Below, in pieces: positions 61,147 through 64,000 of a stretch of DNA of 64,000 nt. The stretch lies in contig CAVQUB010000033.1 of assembly GCA_963716725.1 (NCBI GenBank), positions 64,001 through 128,000 on the forward strand. Direction: 5' to 3'. Both the position numbers and the translations under genes were made by a program. Positions within the stretch are counted from its first letter, which is position 1. Every line of letters starts with the position of its first letter. The DNA is from an uncultured delta proteobacterium (lineage in GTDB: Bacteria; Myxococcota_A; Polyangia; Polyangiales; Polyangiaceae). A model generated the notes under the pieces. It searched no databases. It had not been told where the DNA came from and saw only the letters and a program-made list of their open reading frames with translations.

Positions 61147-62444
61147 GAGGCGTCTCTTCCGAGATCGGCGACGTCGTCCGGCACGCCGGCGGCGGCCGCG
61201 GCGGCGAGCAGATCGTCGTCATCGCGCTCTTGCTGTTGCCAGCGATACTGGGGATTTTCTCGGCGGAATTGCTGAACCTCCGGGATGAAGTCGCCGTCGA
61301 GCCGCCCGTTGGTCATCACGTCCCACCACAGCAGGCCCGCGCCGATGGGGGCCAGGTGATAGGCGTTGAAGCCGTACACGGCGCCGTAGGTCTTCTCGAA
61401 ACGGCTCCAGCGCTTGCGATGCGCTTCGGAGCGATCGCGGAACCTGCGCTGGAAGCCCTCGACGGGGAAGCGGGTGCCGGCCTTTTTCGGGCGACTGAGC
61501 TTGCCCATGTCGCGATCGAGCTTGCCCAAGGCCGTCTTGGCGTCCTGCTCGAATTCGCTGACGAAGTGCGCGTAGATCCCGTCGAGGTAGCGCCCCTTCG
61601 CCGTCACGCCGATCAGGCGCTTGTAGGCGAGGTCGATCTCCGGCACCGGCGCGAGCCTCGGCGCGAGGGCCTCTGGCGGGCACTCGAGCATGAAGGTGGC
61701 GAGCCGCTGGCGAACGTGATCGAGCCAGCGCGGTTCGAGAGAGGCGAGGGCGGTGCTGATCTCTTGGTGCTCGCGCTCGAGGGCCTCGCCGGCGGCGATC
61801 TCGGCCTGCAAGCGGCTGATCTCGGCCTGCAGCGGGCCCACCGACTGATAGGCCCGACCGTACTCCTCGCGCACCTGCGAGAAGAACTGTTTTTCGGGAA
61901 AGCGCGCCAAGATCTCGTCGCCGGCCTTCCAATCGGCGTAGTAGCTCATGCGCCAGAAGCCGGTGGAGTAGCCGGTGGTGCCGTACCCGCTCTCCATCAG
62001 GCTCGCCATGCGGGCGTGAGCGCAGCGAGTGAGCACCTCCATCAGCGGCGCCAGGTGTTCCTGCATTTCCCAGAGCGCCCGGGGCAGGGAGCCCGTGTTC
62101 GGGTGGCGCAGCAATTCCCGCTGCGCGAAGCGCACGTCCGCCTCGATCTGCGCCAACCGGCCGCTGCGCTTCTGTCGCTCGTTCTCCATCATGGCGAGGG
62201 GGTTCTCGGCGCCGAGGGCGGTGAAACCGGTGACGCGGATCGCGTAGTCGATCCACTCGGCGGAGAGCGAGCGGACCAAGGTCGTTCCGAGGTCGCTCAC
62301 TGCCTGCGCATAGGCGCGCTCGAGCTCCCCGCGACGCTGGTGGTGCACGGTGGCGTAGTGCTGCGCCACGCCGAGCTCGTGGGTCAAGGCGGCGTGCTGG
62401 TGCCGCGCCGCCTGCATGAACTGGGAGACGTCGTAGTCGCTCAC
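61143..62444 (-). CDS. Hypothetical coiled-coil protein
   Basis: 433-aa ORF with 4-bp overlaps on both sides; helical, with an acidic/Ala C-terminal tail. Confidence 0.75.
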   Translation of the reverse strand: MSDYDVSQFMQAARHQHAALTHELGVAQHYATVHHQRRGELERAYAQAVSDLGTTLVRSLSAEWIDYAIRVTGFTALGAENPLAMMENERQKRSGRLAQIEADVRFAQRELLRHPNTGSLPRALWEMQEHLAPLMEVLTRCAHARMASLMESGYGTTGYSTGFWRMSYYADWKAGDEILARFPEKQFFSQVREEYGRAYQSVGPLQAEISRLQAEIAAGEALEREHQEISTALASLEPRWLDHVRQRLATFMLECPPEALAPRLAPVPEIDLAYKRLIGVTAKGRYLDGIYAHFVSEFEQDAKTALGKLDRDMGKLSRPKKAGTRFPVEGFQRRFRDRSEAHRKRWSRFEKTYGAVYGFNAYHLAPIGAGLLWWDVMTNGRLDGDFIPEVQQFRRENPQYRWQQQERDDDDLLAAAAAAGVPDDVADLGRDAS

Positions 62445-62779
62445 GCCAGTCGCCCTCGATCACGGAGCAGCGCCAAGAAGCCCCGCGCCGCTGCCTCGAG
62501 CGGCTCGCGATCGGGGATGTCGGCCTCGTCGATCAAGAAGATGAACAGCTCTTCGGCCTGCATCCGGGTCTCGAGCTCGTCGATCACCGCCGGGGTGAAC
62601 TCGGCGCGATCGCCGGCTTCGGTCGTGATGAACTCAAAGCCAATGCGCGCCTTCGGATCGAAGCCGTCGAGGGAGACCGTCACGCCGCCTTCGCTGAAGG
62701 CGTAGTCGCGCTCGATCTCGAGCCCGGCCGATTTGAAGACCGCCGCGAGGATCTCGGAACCGTCGTGTTCGTTCAGCAT
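62441..62779 (-). CDS. Hypothetical small acidic protein, possibly PD-(D/E)XK-like fold
   Basis: 112 aa with SLDGFDPKARIGFEF; first gene of the coupled operon. Confidence 0.6.
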   Translation of the reverse strand: MLNEHDGSEILAAVFKSAGLEIERDYAFSEGGVTVSLDGFDPKARIGFEFITTEAGDRAEFTPAVIDELETRMQAEELFIFLIDEADIPDREPLEAAARGFLALLRDRGRLA

Positions 62780-62922
62780 GAGGGCACGAGGATACTCAAA
62801 TCACGACGACTTTGGGCTCGCGCGCGAGTTCGTGGCACAACTTTGGCTTTGCTCGCGACCCGCCGGGCTGCGCCCCCGAGTCGATCGGGGGCGGCGCCGC
62901 TGGCCATGCGCCGAGCTCGCGA

Positions 62923-63747
62923 TCAGCCAGAGCAGATTTTGGCCGTCGCCCCGTTGGTCGCCGTGGCGGACTGGCAACTCGTACCTGGATACGCCGCGCA
63001 AGTGAGCGCGGAATTGCATCCCGGGAAACAGGTGTTGAAGCCGGCCGCGGTCTTCATGCACCAGTTCAAGCCGCCGGCCGAGTTGAGGCCACAGTCCAGG
63101 TTGTGGCTGCACGTCTGCGTGCACCAGGTGCCGTTGCACTTGCCTTCGCCGCAGTCCGAGTCCGAGTCGCAGGGATCGCCGATCCCGCCAGGTGCTGCGC
63201 AGGCGGAAGCGGGCCCGCAGGCTCTCTTGCCGTTGTCCAGTTCAGCGCAACAACCGCTGTTGCATTCGGAGTCGCTGGTGCAGGAATCCGCGCACATGCT
63301 GCCAGTCGAATAGTTGACGCAGAAGCCGCTGCCTTGCTGGAAGTTGCAGCACTCGCTGTTTGTGGTGCAGCTCTTGCTCGTCGGCGTGCACGACGGCGCT
63401 CCGCCACTCGACGGCGCTCCGCCACTCGACGGCGCTCCGCCACTCGACGGCGCTCCGCCACTCGACGGCCCTCCGCCACTCGACGGCCCTCCGCCGAACG
63501 AGGGCTTTCCGCCGGTTCCGCTGCTCGCGCAGGAACACGGCGAGAACCCGTCCCCCTGCGGGTTGCAGGTTTGCCAGCCATTGCAGCCGCTCGGCCCCAC
63601 GCACGCCTTGGTCTCGTTCGGGACGCAGTGCTCGCCCTCACCTCCGCCGCCCCCGCTGCCGGACGAGCATCCAGCCATCGCCGCGAGAAGTCCGAACATC
63701 AATCCCAGTTTCCCAACGAATGCAGTTGTCATCGACGATTCCTCCAT
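62923..63747 (-). CDS. Cys-rich lipoprotein with (GGAPSS)n linker
   Basis: Lipobox MAGC and several CxxxxxCC-type disulfide modules. Confidence 0.8.
   Translation of the reverse strand: MEESSMTTAFVGKLGLMFGLLAAMAGCSSGSGGGGGEGEHCVPNETKACVGPSGCNGWQTCNPQGDGFSPCSCASSGTGGKPSFGGGPSSGGGPSSGGAPSSGGAPSSGGAPSSGGAPSCTPTSKSCTTNSECCNFQQGSGFCVNYSTGSMCADSCTSDSECNSGCCAELDNGKRACGPASACAAPGGIGDPCDSDSDCGEGKCNGTWCTQTCSHNLDCGLNSAGGLNWCMKTAAGFNTCFPGCNSALTCAAYPGTSCQSATATNGATAKICSG
63391..63495. repeat. 18-bp tandem repeat, about 6 copies (coding GG[A/G]PSS)
   Basis: CGACGGCGCTCCGCCACT x4, then CGACGGCCCTCCGCCACT and a partial copy. Confidence 0.95.
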
Positions 63748-64000
63748 ACGGTTTCGCGCGCCTCAGGGCGGCGCACCGGCTGTTGCACCCCGCGTACCAA
63801 CACGCGGCATCCAAAATGCCCGGAAAAACCCTGGGGAATTCGTGCCTGAACGGTATCTGAACGGTTCGCTTGGGCGCGCGCGGAGCCGGCGCCAGATGCC
63901 CGGTGCCACTCGGGTTCATGCTACGTTCACGACGCGACGACGCGACGGCGCCGCACCGGGGATCAAGTTGACCGTGGGCAACAAGGAACGCGAAGGTTCG

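Noticed and set aside
62833..62850. TGGCAC...TTGG as a sigma-54 promoter
   Set aside because: The -12 element is TTGG rather than TTGC, and no plus-strand gene follows.
63391..63495. Tandem repeat as a CRISPR array
   Set aside because: Units are contiguous with no spacers, in frame within a CDS, and there are no cas genes.
63638..63919. 93-aa minus-strand ORF
   Set aside because: It overlaps the lipoprotein start in another frame and has no recognisable features.

Overview
High-GC bacterial chromosomal window. The gene content (Gly-rich and Cys-rich lipoproteins, FGE-domain proteins, Sel1 repeats, Uma2, GxxExxY) suggests Myxococcota/Polyangiaceae, which is an inference. Main blocks, left to right: (1) the 3' part of a frameshifted Lon homologue whose catalytic Lys is replaced by Met; (2) an internally deleted IS630-type element with intact terminal inverted repeats, carrying a GxxExxY nuclease-family gene that has its own inverted repeats; (3) a hemerythrin / TetR-DUF2249 / membrane protein module with a perfect operator palindrome; (4) a GbsR-type regulator heading a translationally coupled aroF-menG-menF-menD-menH-menB-menA-menC-menE menaquinone operon; (5) SulP and a frameshifted Ugp-like ABC transporter; (6) a GH5 glycosidase flanked by a direct repeat; (7) FGE-domain, SGNH, sulfatase-fold, B12-radical SAM, thioesterase, serpin, GAF-GGDEF, Sel1 and C39-like genes; (8) a BlaI/M56 sensor plus CzcCBA-like RND efflux operon with two TACTAC-N5-GTAGTA boxes; (9) a 7-gene coupled operon of unknown function with a glycosyltransferase and three tandem radical SAM enzymes. 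At least 8 frameshifts suggest sequencing or assembly indels. No rRNA, tRNA or CRISPR array was recognised. All product calls come from motif recognition by eye, not database searches.
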